Source: a bacterium
Lineage (GTDB): Bacteria > UBA8248
DNA: 64,000 nt
NCBI GenBank assembly: GCA_965221165.1
Contig: CBDCRP010000003.1
Coordinates: 1,888,001 to 1,952,000, forward strand
Reading direction: 5' to 3'
In this document: positions 1 through 9,244 of the stretch, piece after piece
Layout: each line of letters starts with the position of its first letter
How positions within the stretch are numbered: the first letter of the stretch is position 1
Made by a program: the position numbers and the translations under genes
Notes under the pieces: model-generated
Told to the model about the DNA's origin: nothing
Databases searched by the model: none
The model's input: the letters and a program-made list of their open reading frames with translations, nothing else

Positions 1-1306
1 CCCGTTCCAGGGCGTCGAGAACACGGCCGAGGCAAGCGTCCACGAAACCCACCGCCTGAACGGCGGCGCTCTCCACACCCGTGTGTCCCACCATGTCCGG
101 GTTGGCGTAGTTTAAGACGATGGCGTCCTCATCGCCCCGCTCGATGGCCTCGAGAACCACCCGGGTCACCTCTGCGGCACTCATCTCGGGTTTGAGGTCA
201 TACGTAGCCACCTTGGGCGAGGGAACCATCCGCCGCCTCTCGCCTTCGGGCGGCTCCTCCTCTCCGCCGTTAAAAAAATACGTGACGTGCGGATATTTCT
301 CCGTCTCGGCGACTCGCAGGCACGTTCGTCCCGCATCCGCCAAAGCGTGGCAAAACAGGCCTTCCATTCTCAAGGGCGGAAACGCGACGGGTAATCGGAA
401 ACGCTCGTCATATTCCGTCATGCAGGCGTAATGAACCGAGGGTCTGCCTGAAACGTCGAATCCCTCGAATTGCTCATCCGTGAGTACGCGGGTGAGTTGC
501 CGCACCCTGTCCGCGCGGAAGTTCATGCATATTACGGCGTCACCATTGCGAATCAATCCTACCGGACGCCCGTTTTCGCCGAGCACCACCGGTTCGATGA
601 ACTCATCCGTCACGCCACGCGCATAGGAGGCTTCCACGGCCTCGGCGGCGCTTCGGGCGAGCGCGCCTTCTCCCGCCACCATGGCCTGGTAGGCCCGCTC
701 GTTTCTCCGCCACCTCTCATCGCGGTCCATCGCGTAGTAGCGGCCCATAAGGGTGGCGAGCCTGGCTCCGGCCTCGCGCCTCAAACCCTCCGCATACCGA
801 CCCACGAAGCCCAGGCCCGAGCGGGGAGGCGTGTCCCTGCCATCCGTAAAGGCGTGCGCGAAGATTCTCTCGATCCCGATTTTTTTCCCTAACCGCGCCA
901 GCGCCACCCCGTGGTCCTGGAGACTATGCACGCCGCCGTCCGAGACCAGTCCGAGGATGTGCAAGGCGCCGCCTCCCGACCTGGCTTTTTGAATGCACTC
1001 GACGAGCGGGGAAAGTTCAAAAAAATCACCCCTCTCGATGGAGCGGTCGATGCGAACGATGTCCTGATCCACCACCCGGCCCGCGCCGAGGTTCAGATGC
1101 CCCACCTCGGAATTTCCCATTTGCCCGTCGGGAAGTCCCACGGCGCGCCCCGAGGTTACGAGGCGGGTGTGGGGGCGGTGAGCGAGCAGGGCGTCCATGG
1201 TCGGGGCATCGGCCAATGCCACGGCGTTGTGGATGCGCTCGCCGGATATTCCCCATCCATCGAGAACGATGAGCATGACGGGGCGAGGAAGACTCAAGGG
1301 GTTCAC
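1..1306 (-). CDS. gpmI: 2,3-bisphosphoglycerate-independent phosphoglycerate mutase, 3' end cut off by the window edge
   Basis: Not in the ORF track. Manual translation from GTG at 1306 gives MNPLSLPRPVMLIVLDGWG...VGLPDGQMGNSEVGHLNLGAGR, and later AETEKYPHVTYFFNGG, PSPKVATYDLKPEMSA and NYANPDMVGHTG, all iPGM signatures. Confidence 0.96.
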   Translation of the reverse strand, partial: MNPLSLPRPVMLIVLDGWGISGERIHNAVALADAPTMDALLAHRPHTRLVTSGRAVGLPDGQMGNSEVGHLNLGAGRVVDQDIVRIDRSIERGDFFELSPLVECIQKARSGGGALHILGLVSDGGVHSLQDHGVALARLGKKIGIERIFAHAFTDGRDTPPRSGLGFVGRYAEGLRREAGARLATLMGRYYAMDRDERWRRNERAYQAMVAGEGALARSAAEAVEASYARGVTDEFIEPVVLGENGRPVGLIRNGDAVICMNFRADRVRQLTRVLTDEQFEGFDVSGRPSVHYACMTEYDERFRLPVAFPPLRMEGLFCHALADAGRTCLRVAETEKYPHVTYFFNGGEEEPPEGERRRMVPSPKVATYDLKPEMSAAEVTRVVLEAIERGDEDAIVLNYANPDMVGHTGVESAAVQAVGFVDACLGRVLDALER

Positions 1307-1339
1307 ACGACCTTTCCGTAAAAGCGAAGATGCTTCGTC

Positions 1340-2230
1340 TTATCTCGAATCGAAAACGCGGACGAATTGCAGCTTGATTTTATCCCACCGCCAGAATTCT
1401 TCGAACGGAAAGCGATCGACCTGGAGCGCGTTCTTTTCTTCTCCGTCTTTCAGGTTGAAAACCCGCTCCTCGTATTTCCTCACCCCCTTGAGGATAAGGG
1501 TGGCCGGGTTGCCCGGCCCGTTAAAACGAAAACGAACCTTGGCCCGCAGGTCTTCGCTTCTTTGAACGGCTTGGCTTTCCGCATCGTCCAGGTACGCTTT
1601 CGGCCATTTCAACTCCTCTCGCAGGCGCGCGAACCACACGAGTTCGAAGCGGCGCTTCGGGGTGGGCTTGATTACCCGCACGGCGTCCGAGTAATGGCCG
1701 TTCGAACCTTCGCGGACGTTGACGATCAATTCGGATGCTCCATCCGCCGTCAGATCGGCTATCTGGTAGGTGATCTCCCGGCCACGGCTCAAGTCGCTGT
1801 AGGAGGCGAGCGGCCTCCGGGCGCTCTTGTCATCATCCAGCAGGCAAAAGGTGATGTAGTGGTCCTTATCGTGATCCGACTGGATGACCATGAGTGTTTC
1901 GAGGCGCTTGTCCGCGTCCATGTTGAGCGGAATGAAATCCATCGAGAAGGCGTAGTTCTTGAGGTGATCGGAGGAGAGATACCAGGGCCATTCATTTTCC
2001 GGCAACGGGCAATTCGACAGGGCGTTGAGTTGCACGTTCGAATCGGAGGAGAAAAACTTGCGGACCAGCAGCCAGTCCTCGGGCTTCTCCAGTCGCTTGA
2101 GATGGGAGACAAGACGGGAAACGCGTCTTTGCTCGATCGCCTCGGGGGTCTCCGTGGCCGCAAACCCTTCCCCGCTCCAAGCCGAAGCAAGGAACCACAA
2201 AATCAAGGCCATCCCTATGAGGCCTCTCAT
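1340..2230 (-). CDS. Exported hypothetical protein with DxxxDGxxE-like putative calcium-binding turns
   Basis: AAGGAG RBS before ATG 2230; signal-peptide-like N-terminus (MRGLIGMALILWFLASAWSGEGFA); motifs NMDADKRLE and DLTADGASELIV. Confidence 0.7.
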   Translation of the reverse strand: MRGLIGMALILWFLASAWSGEGFAATETPEAIEQRRVSRLVSHLKRLEKPEDWLLVRKFFSSDSNVQLNALSNCPLPENEWPWYLSSDHLKNYAFSMDFIPLNMDADKRLETLMVIQSDHDKDHYITFCLLDDDKSARRPLASYSDLSRGREITYQIADLTADGASELIVNVREGSNGHYSDAVRVIKPTPKRRFELVWFARLREELKWPKAYLDDAESQAVQRSEDLRAKVRFRFNGPGNPATLILKGVRKYEERVFNLKDGEEKNALQVDRFPFEEFWRWDKIKLQFVRVFDSR

Positions 2231-2305
2231 CGCATGCTCCTTCAAGGGCACCACCCTATGAAGCAATCGCATCGAACTATTTTACAACAAAAATACAAAT
2301 AATGC

Positions 2306-3267
2306 CTAGGGCCGGAGCAATACCTTGATTATGCCCTTTTCGCGGGCTTTTTCAAATGCCTCGGGCGCATCTCGCAAGGCGAAGCGGTCATGAATCATCG
2401 AGGGCAGGCGGAGATCGCCCGAATCGAGCGCCCGAATCGCAGGCGCGAAAGGACCGCAGCGCGAACCCATGAGGGTGATTTCATCCACCACTACCGCCGA
2501 GAGATCCACCGAACTTTTAGAAGCCACCGTGCTCTTGAGCACCAGCACGCCCCTTGGCTTGGTTTTCGAAACGGCGAGGGAGAGTCCATCCGCAGCCCCT
2601 GTGGCCTCGACCACCACGGGCCATCTCTCCCCCTCGGAGCAGAGGGCGTGGGCCGCCTCACTCCAGGTGGGAATCTTACACGGTGTGAGCAGCGCCATTT
2701 TTTCAGGGTGGCGGCCCAGCAAGCCCACCCTCGCTCCGGCGGCGCACAACGCCTGAGCCTGCAAAAGACCGAGCCGCCCGTCCCCGATCACCAAAACCTC
2801 GTGATCCACGATTTCGGGAAACTGCTCCATCACTTCGAAGCAGGCGGCAGGGGCTCGCAGAAAACAGCCGCCTCATCCTCCACGGCGTCGGGAATGAGGT
2901 GCAGGTTCCGATCCGGCAGACAGGTGTATTCCGCAAAGACTCCCGGCCGGTTGAGAATACCGAGAACGCTCCTATCGGGACAATGCCGCTCCATGCCGCA
3001 CGTGCACCAGGCGCAGCTTCCGCATCCGCAATTTATCTCGCCCACGACCCTTCGTCCCAAGAGCGGATGCTTCTCCGGCCCCGCCACCTCGCCCACGAAT
3101 TCGTGGCCCAGCACGCCCCGGAAATTCATATAGCCACGAATGAGTTCCAGGTCGGTGGCGCAAATCCCTGCCAACTGCACCCGGATGAGGGCTTCGCCCT
3201 CAGGAGGCTCGGGAAGCGCCACATCTATCAAAGAGGGACCGTTCTCCTCCAGCACGTACGCAAGCAA
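2306..3267 (-). pseudogene. Zn-dependent medium-chain alcohol dehydrogenase split by a 1-bp deletion near 2848 (true pseudogene or sequencing error)
   Basis: The N-half has GICATD, GHEFVG and CGCGSCAWC. The C-half has VIGDGRLG and GSRCGPF. Adding one base turns EPLPPASK* into EPLAACFEVMEQ and fuses the two ORFs. Confidence 0.88.
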
Positions 3268-3338
3268 TGGATGCTCTCTTTTTCAGGATTCAGGCCGGTT
3301 GGAGCGGTTCGGTTTTTCTCGCGGCGCAGCGCAGCGAC

Positions 3339-4073
3339 TCATTCGCGCGATTTCAAGGCCTCTTTCACGCGGCCGACTCCCAGATGTTCGGCGATCACGT
3401 CTTCTCGCGCAAGGAGTTCGGCGCTCGTTCCCTCGAAGGCGACGAAGCCGCGGCTCAGCACATAGAAGTAATCGCCCACATCCAGCGCCAGGGAGAGATT
3501 CTGCTCCACCAGCAAAATGGAGAGTCCGTGAGTGCGGGTCTTCATGATTCCGTCCCTGATGGAGCGGACGAGGCTGGGCGCAAGACCTTCTGTCGGCTCA
3601 TCGAGCAGGATAAGCCTCGGCCGCGCCACGAGGGCGCGCGCGATCACGAGCATCTGCTGCTCGCCCCCGCTCAAGCTTCCCGCCAGTTGAGCGGCCCGCT
3701 CCTCGAGGACGGGGAAAAACGCCAGCGCCTCGCGAACGCCGTCAGCGTCCGAGCGCGGGCTGGCCTGTGCGGCGACCCGAATGTTCTCCTCCACGCTTAA
3801 GGATCCAAAAGGCCGCCTGTCCTCGGGCACGTAGGCGACCCCCATGCGGGCCACCCGGTGGGCCGCCATGGCGTCTATGCGCTGCTCCTCGAAGACGACT
3901 TCGCCTGAAGTGGCGGGCGCGAGACCCATAATGGCCTTGAGCGTCGTGCTCTTGCCCGCGCCGTTGCGCCCGATGAGACAGACGATCCGGCCTGTGTTCA
4001 CCTCGAGATTCACGCCGTGGAGAACGTGGGCGCTCCCGTAATGGACGTGCAGCGCGGAGACCCGGAGCATCAA
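3339..4073 (-). CDS. livF: Branched-chain amino acid-type ABC transporter ATPase (LivF-like)
   Basis: Walker A GRNGAGKS, signature LSGGEQQ, LLDEPTEGLAP, VEQN. Confidence 0.93.
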   Translation of the reverse strand: MMLRVSALHVHYGSAHVLHGVNLEVNTGRIVCLIGRNGAGKSTTLKAIMGLAPATSGEVVFEEQRIDAMAAHRVARMGVAYVPEDRRPFGSLSVEENIRVAAQASPRSDADGVREALAFFPVLEERAAQLAGSLSGGEQQMLVIARALVARPRLILLDEPTEGLAPSLVRSIRDGIMKTRTHGLSILLVEQNLSLALDVGDYFYVLSRGFVAFEGTSAELLAREDVIAEHLGVGRVKEALKSRE

Positions 4074-4828
4074 TCCTCTCCCACTTCGACGGCCCCGAGG
4101 TAGGCGTCCTGCACCTGCGGGTCCTTGCTGATCTGCTCGGGCGGGCCCTGGGCGATCACCCGGCCCTGCGTCATCACGGTGATTGTATCCGAAATCGAGA
4201 GAACCACCTCCGTGTCGTGTTCGACCAGGAGTACGCTCGTCCGGTCCGCGATGCGCCGCACCAGGCGGGCGATGCGCTCGGTCTCCGTTCGGGACATGCC
4301 CGCCGTCGGCTCATCGAGCAGCAAGACCTCGGGGTTGAGTGCAAGCCCGATCGCCACCTCGAGCACGCGCTTGTCCCCGTGCCCCAACTCCTCGGGTCGC
4401 AAATGCGCTTTTTCGATCAGCCCGACCATCTGCAGCGATTCCTCCGCGTCCTCGCGGGCCTCCCGGCAGGCGCTCGCCTTGCGGAAGAAGTCGAAGTTCC
4501 GCCCCTCTCGGGAGCGCGCCGCGAGTTCGACGTTTTCTTGGGCGCTCAACTCGCCGAACACCTGGGTGATCTGGAACGTGCGGACGATTCCCGCCTTCAC
4601 CAGCTTGTGGGACGGCAGATGGGTGACGTCGTTCCCGTTCAAAAGCACCCTGCCGGCGTCGGGGCGGAGAAACCCGGTGATGCAGTTGAACAAGGTCGTC
4701 TTGCCGGCGCCGTTTGGGCCGATGAGCGAGTGCACCTGCCCCCCCTCGATGTCCAAGGACACGTCGTTCACGGCGTGCAGGGCGCCGAAGGACTTGTGGA
4801 GACCCTCTACTACGAACGCGCCGGCCAA
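4070..4828 (-). CDS. livG: Branched-chain amino acid-type ABC transporter ATPase (LivG-like)
   Basis: GPNGAGKT, RTFQ, LLDEPTAG, VEHD, C-terminal VQDAYLG. Probable TTG start at 4828 behind GGAG. Confidence 0.92.
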   Translation of the reverse strand: MAGAFVVEGLHKSFGALHAVNDVSLDIEGGQVHSLIGPNGAGKTTLFNCITGFLRPDAGRVLLNGNDVTHLPSHKLVKAGIVRTFQITQVFGELSAQENVELAARSREGRNFDFFRKASACREAREDAEESLQMVGLIEKAHLRPEELGHGDKRVLEVAIGLALNPEVLLLDEPTAGMSRTETERIARLVRRIADRTSVLLVEHDTEVVLSISDTITVMTQGRVIAQGPPEQISKDPQVQDAYLGAVEVGED

Positions 4829-5814
4829 AGTCGTCTCCAGAACCTCTCGGCGATGCCCGCGATTCCCGACGGCATGAACAAAACGGCGAGCACGAAGGCA
4901 AGACCGAAGGAAAACTGCCACGCCCGGTACATCGTCGTGACCTGATCGCGAATGAATATAAAGCCTATCGCCCCGATGATCGGGCCGAACAGCGTTCCGA
5001 TGCCGCCGAAAATCGTGATGGCCAGTATGTTGCCCGACTCGAACCAGTAGAGCGACATCGGGTTCGCGCCCGCCTTCAAGAAGACGAAGAGCGTTCCCGC
5101 CACGCCGCCCGTCATCCAGGAGAGGATGAGAATCATCAGTTTGTGCCGCCTCACGTCGATGCCGATGGCGGCCGCCCTGTCCTCGTTCGCGCGAATCGCC
5201 AGCAGGGTTTTGCCGAAGGGGGACTCCACCAGCCTTCTGAGGAGAAGATAGGTGACGACGAGCGTGGCGACCGTCAGGAAGTAGAGTTCATCTCCGGGTT
5301 CCACTTCCCGGCCAAAGAGCGTGGGCAGCGGAACGCCGATGAGACCGTCCAGCCCGCCGGTAAACGAACGCCACACGACGGATATCTGGAACAGGACCTG
5401 GCAGATGCAGAGGGTGAGTATGGCGAATGCGATTCCCGAGAGGCGCGTTACGACGAGGCCGGTGAGAAACGCCACCCCCGCCGCGGCGAGTATGGCCACG
5501 ACGGTCGAGAGGAGAAAATCCGCAGATACGTTCTGAGCGAAAAGCCCCGCGGCGTAGGTCGCTAAGCCGAAACTAGCAGCGTGGCCGAACGAGACGAGGC
5601 CCGTGTAGCCCACCAGCAAATCCAGGCTCATCGCCCAGATGCCGAAGATTAAAGCCTCGGTTAACAGGGTGATGAAAAACGGGTTGAAGTCCATGAACGG
5701 AACCGCCAGGGCCAAGAGCGTGAACCCGGTGAGCAGCACCCGCATCGCGACTTCGCGCGAATCCCTCCTCGGAACATCGTCCGCCCGGCTTTGCCCATCA
5801 GGCGATGCGGCCAC
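4810..5814 (-). CDS. livM: Branched-chain amino acid-type ABC permease (LivM-like)
   Basis: GYTGLVSFGHA, SPFGKTLLAIRANE, GGIGTLFGP and many TM segments. Start is GTG 5814 (GAGGAG RBS) or ATG 5745. Confidence 0.9.
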   Translation of the reverse strand: MAASPDGQSRADDVPRRDSREVAMRVLLTGFTLLALAVPFMDFNPFFITLLTEALIFGIWAMSLDLLVGYTGLVSFGHAASFGLATYAAGLFAQNVSADFLLSTVVAILAAAGVAFLTGLVVTRLSGIAFAILTLCICQVLFQISVVWRSFTGGLDGLIGVPLPTLFGREVEPGDELYFLTVATLVVTYLLLRRLVESPFGKTLLAIRANEDRAAAIGIDVRRHKLMILILSWMTGGVAGTLFVFLKAGANPMSLYWFESGNILAITIFGGIGTLFGPIIGAIGFIFIRDQVTTMYRAWQFSFGLAFVLAVLFMPSGIAGIAERFWRRLWPARS

Positions 5815-6670
5815 GACCGAACACTCCTCTGGGCCGCAGAACCATGATGGCGGCCACAACCAGGAACAGGACGGCGATGGCCCACTCCGCGATGTAGCCC
5901 CCGCCGATGGATTTCGCCAACGCCACGATGAACGCCCCCACGGCAGTCCCGGGCAGATGGCCGAGACCGCCCAGTATCACCGCCAGGAACGAGTCGATGA
6001 TGACACCCGTGCCCATCTCCGGATCGACGGAGAAAATGGGAGCGCCGAGCGCGCCGGCGAACGCCGCGAACCCCGCCGCTCCTCCAAAGATGACCGTGAG
6101 CAGCCAGCGCGTGTTGATGCCGAGCGCCTCGGCCATCTCGTTGTCATCCGTGATGGCGCGAATTTGCAGCCCGATCGGCGTGAACTGGATGAAGGCGAAG
6201 ACCAGCCCCGTCACCAGGAGCGAGAGCCCCGCCGCGAAGAGCCTGTACACGGGAAACTGATTGCCGAGGATGTCCACCGTCCCCTGAAAGATGACGGGTG
6301 GTTTGATCAGGGTGGTCTCGGTGCCCCAGAGATACTCAATCGCGCCCGTGATCATGAAGGAGAGACCGAACGTCACGAGCAGGGTGTAGATTTCGTTGCG
6401 GTGGCGGATGGGGGCAATGGTCAGCCATTCCATCGCGATGGCGAGGGGTACTACGATCAACGGGGCGAACAGCATCGCCCACCACCCCAGCGAGGGCAGG
6501 AAGATGATGAAGAAATACCCCCCCAGGGCGTACAATACCCCGTGCGCGAAGTTGACGACTCGGCCCAAGCCGAACACCAGGCTCAGGCCGAGACTCGTCA
6601 GCGCGAGGAATGAGCCGTAGATGACTCCGTTCAGCGTATTGACGAACAAGAAATTCCAATCCATCGCCAA
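5798..6670 (-). CDS. livH: Branched-chain amino acid-type ABC permease (LivH-like)
   Basis: GLSLVFGLGRVVNFAHG and VILGGLG motifs; hydrophobic. Confidence 0.93.
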   Translation of the reverse strand: MAMDWNFLFVNTLNGVIYGSFLALTSLGLSLVFGLGRVVNFAHGVLYALGGYFFIIFLPSLGWWAMLFAPLIVVPLAIAMEWLTIAPIRHRNEIYTLLVTFGLSFMITGAIEYLWGTETTLIKPPVIFQGTVDILGNQFPVYRLFAAGLSLLVTGLVFAFIQFTPIGLQIRAITDDNEMAEALGINTRWLLTVIFGGAAGFAAFAGALGAPIFSVDPEMGTGVIIDSFLAVILGGLGHLPGTAVGAFIVALAKSIGGGYIAEWAIAVLFLVVAAIMVLRPRGVFGRGRIA

Positions 6671-6673
6671 TGA

Positions 6674-7930
6674 CTATTTCTTCAAATTACAGCCGAGCTT
6701 CTTCGCCGGCTCAAGCGTCTTGGACGCCGGAAGCGCCGTGACCGACTGCGCATACATGGCGCCGTACTTCGGTTTCTTGAGCTTCTCGATTTTCCCGAGA
6801 ATAAGCGGCACCTCCGCCATGCGTCCATCCTTCTGGAAGCGCATTCTTCCCGCAGGAGCCTCTACGTCGAGCTTCTCGAGCGCCGCGACGATGGCCTTCC
6901 CGTCCGTCGAGCCCGCCTTCTCGATGGCGTTGAACAGAAGCTGAGCCGCCGTGCCCGCCTGGATGGCCTGCATTCCGGCTACGCGGCCGTGCATCTTGTA
7001 GTAGAGTTCGTTGAACTTTTTGGTCGTGGGCAGCGTGTCCTCGAGACGCCACGCGCTCCACGCGCCCGCCGAGACGATGTGGGTGGACAATTCTCCCAGC
7101 TTGGCGATGAGCCAGTCCGGCAGGCCGATGGGCGCCACCAGAGTCGCCTGTTTGGTGAGGCCGAACTCGTTGGCCTGCTGGAGGAACTGCACGAGCGGCG
7201 TGCCCAGGGTGACGGGGATGACCACCGCCGTCGCGCCCGCCGAGCGGACCTTGGCGATGAACGGCGCCCAGTCCGTGGTGTCGAGCGGAGCGAATGTCTC
7301 GCCGACGTACTTCACGCCCTTGACGATTTTCACCGAGCGCGCGACCCGGCGGCTCCAGGGGTAGTCGTGGCCCAGGGTGAACCACTTCGCGGTCTTGAAC
7401 TTCGGGTTATCCTTGATGAGCGAGTCCATCGCCACGACGGCCATCTGGGGAGTCGGGTTCGTCTGGAACACCCAGTAGTTGCACTTGCTTCCCGTGATGA
7501 CGGCCGAGCCGCTGTTCGAGGTGATAATCGGCACGCGCAGGCGATTCGCCACGGGAAGCAGGGCCAGCGCCTCGAGCGTGCTGGTTCCCAGAATCGCCGT
7601 GACGCGGTTCTTCTGGACGAGTTTGGTCGCCTTGGTGACCGCCACCTGCGCGTTGACCAGGCTGTCCTCGAGAATCAACTCGATAGGCCGGCCCATGACG
7701 GGTCCTTGCATCTTCACGGCCGTCTGAATGCCCGTGGTGATCTCGTCACCAATGGGTTTGAGCTTTCCGCTCAGAAACGACAGCACCCCGATTTTAATGG
7801 GGTCTTTCTTCGCGGCGAAAACGGGGGAACCAAAGACGGCGATGAGCGCGAAAACCGCCACCGTCAACATCGCCGCCGAACGTGAAACGCTGATCCATCT
7901 CTTTCGGGTATACGTCGATCTCGTTGCCAT
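6674..7930 (-). CDS. ABC transporter periplasmic substrate-binding protein (LivJ/K-like, ligand unknown)
   Basis: GGAGGA RBS before ATG 7930; signal peptide ending VFA; PIKIGVL, GRPIELILED, DYPW; first gene of the LIV operon. Confidence 0.9.
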   Translation of the reverse strand: MATRSTYTRKRWISVSRSAAMLTVAVFALIAVFGSPVFAAKKDPIKIGVLSFLSGKLKPIGDEITTGIQTAVKMQGPVMGRPIELILEDSLVNAQVAVTKATKLVQKNRVTAILGTSTLEALALLPVANRLRVPIITSNSGSAVITGSKCNYWVFQTNPTPQMAVVAMDSLIKDNPKFKTAKWFTLGHDYPWSRRVARSVKIVKGVKYVGETFAPLDTTDWAPFIAKVRSAGATAVVIPVTLGTPLVQFLQQANEFGLTKQATLVAPIGLPDWLIAKLGELSTHIVSAGAWSAWRLEDTLPTTKKFNELYYKMHGRVAGMQAIQAGTAAQLLFNAIEKAGSTDGKAIVAALEKLDVEAPAGRMRFQKDGRMAEVPLILGKIEKLKKPKYGAMYAQSVTALPASKTLEPAKKLGCNLKK

Positions 7931-8084
7931 TACATTATCCTCCCTAACTTCCGATTCCGTGGATTCAGAGTGCGGACGCTGGGACCTGCCCGTTTCCGCA
8001 CAAACAGAGAAGAAAGATTGAACCCTTCCCCCGGATTGATTCCGGTGCGGTTCACGCAAGCAACATGGCGAGATATATATCCGC

Positions 8085-8112
8085 AATATACAGCAAGGCC
8101 CCTGCCTGTCAA
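8085..8112 (-). promoter_or_regulatory. Putative sigma70 promoter of the ABC operon
   Basis: Minus strand reads TTGACA-N16-TATATT about 155 bp upstream of the binding-protein start. Confidence 0.55.
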
Positions 8113-8328
8113 GAAACAAAATCCTGCCCGGGGTCGCTCGATCGCGCCGCGTCCCCGGTCGGCCGGCGCAGGCAAAGGATGCGCGCCAAGCGAAACGAGC
8201 AGGAGGGAGGTATGAATCAAAGGTGTATTCTGGCATACCCTTTATGCCGACGAAACGCGTCCGCCGAAAACGGGTATGATGCCTGAAACGGGGTCGGGCT
8301 GCGGCGCTTTTCTCAGGAGAGATTCGGT

Positions 8329-9177
8329 TTGCTTCCAAGGTTCATCATACTCGCTCTTTTCGCATCGTTTCTGATCGGCGTGGCGGACTACGTATATGGA
8401 CGCGCGGTCAGGAACCGCATATTGCCGGGCACGATAACGGCCTCGCAGTCGAGCATCGTCGTTCCCGTCACGTGGATCTGGGCGCAATACGAGGGCAGCT
8501 ATGCCTGGACGCCCCCCGCCTTCCTGGGAATCGGCGCCGCATTTTTCACATTCATCGGCTTTTGGAGCTTCATGAGAAGCGTGGAACTCGGAGAGGCGAG
8601 CGCCAGCACGCCCATCTACCGGATGAGTTTCGTCGTCACCGCCATGCTCGCCGTCTGGTTTCTGGGCGAATCAATCACGCTCCCAAAAATCGTGGGCCTC
8701 ATTCTCACCGGCTGCGCCATTTTCCTGTTCTCGGATTTTCACCGGGGGAGTTTCTCCGCCGACAAGATCGCCACCGTCCTGTGGGCCGTCGTGGCGATGG
8801 TGGCCGTCGGCCTCGTAAACTTCATCTACAAGCTCGGCGTCTCCGGCGGGGTGGCGCCGATCATGTTTTTGCACAGCCAGGCGGTTTTCTTCATTACGAT
8901 CGCTTACATCTACTCGTTCGTGGTGCAGGGGGGGCCGAAATTCTCAAAAAAAGGCTGGGCGCACGGACTCGTGACCGCCACCTGCTTCATATTCGGGAAC
9001 ACCTCGCTGCTGGCCGCGTTCAGGGACGGTGAGGCCACCATCGTCTCGCCGATCATACAGTTGAGCTTCATCGTGACCACAATACTGGCCACCTGGCGGC
9101 TGTCCGAGAAGATGACGATGCGAAAGCTTGTTGGGCTGGTCGCCGCGGTGGGAACCATCATCGCCTTCACGTCGTGA
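8329..9177 (+). CDS. EamA/DMT family transporter
   Basis: About 10 TM helices in two repeats; LAVWFLGESITLPKIVG. Confidence 0.88.
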   Translation: MLPRFIILALFASFLIGVADYVYGRAVRNRILPGTITASQSSIVVPVTWIWAQYEGSYAWTPPAFLGIGAAFFTFIGFWSFMRSVELGEASASTPIYRMSFVVTAMLAVWFLGESITLPKIVGLILTGCAIFLFSDFHRGSFSADKIATVLWAVVAMVAVGLVNFIYKLGVSGGVAPIMFLHSQAVFFITIAYIYSFVVQGGPKFSKKGWAHGLVTATCFIFGNTSLLAAFRDGEATIVSPIIQLSFIVTTILATWRLSEKMTMRKLVGLVAAVGTIIAFTS

Positions 9178-9244
9178 TCAGGGAATCACAGGTCCCCTCA
9201 TCCGGGCAACCCCCGAAACAAGAGGCTTAAGGGCGCACTCCGTA

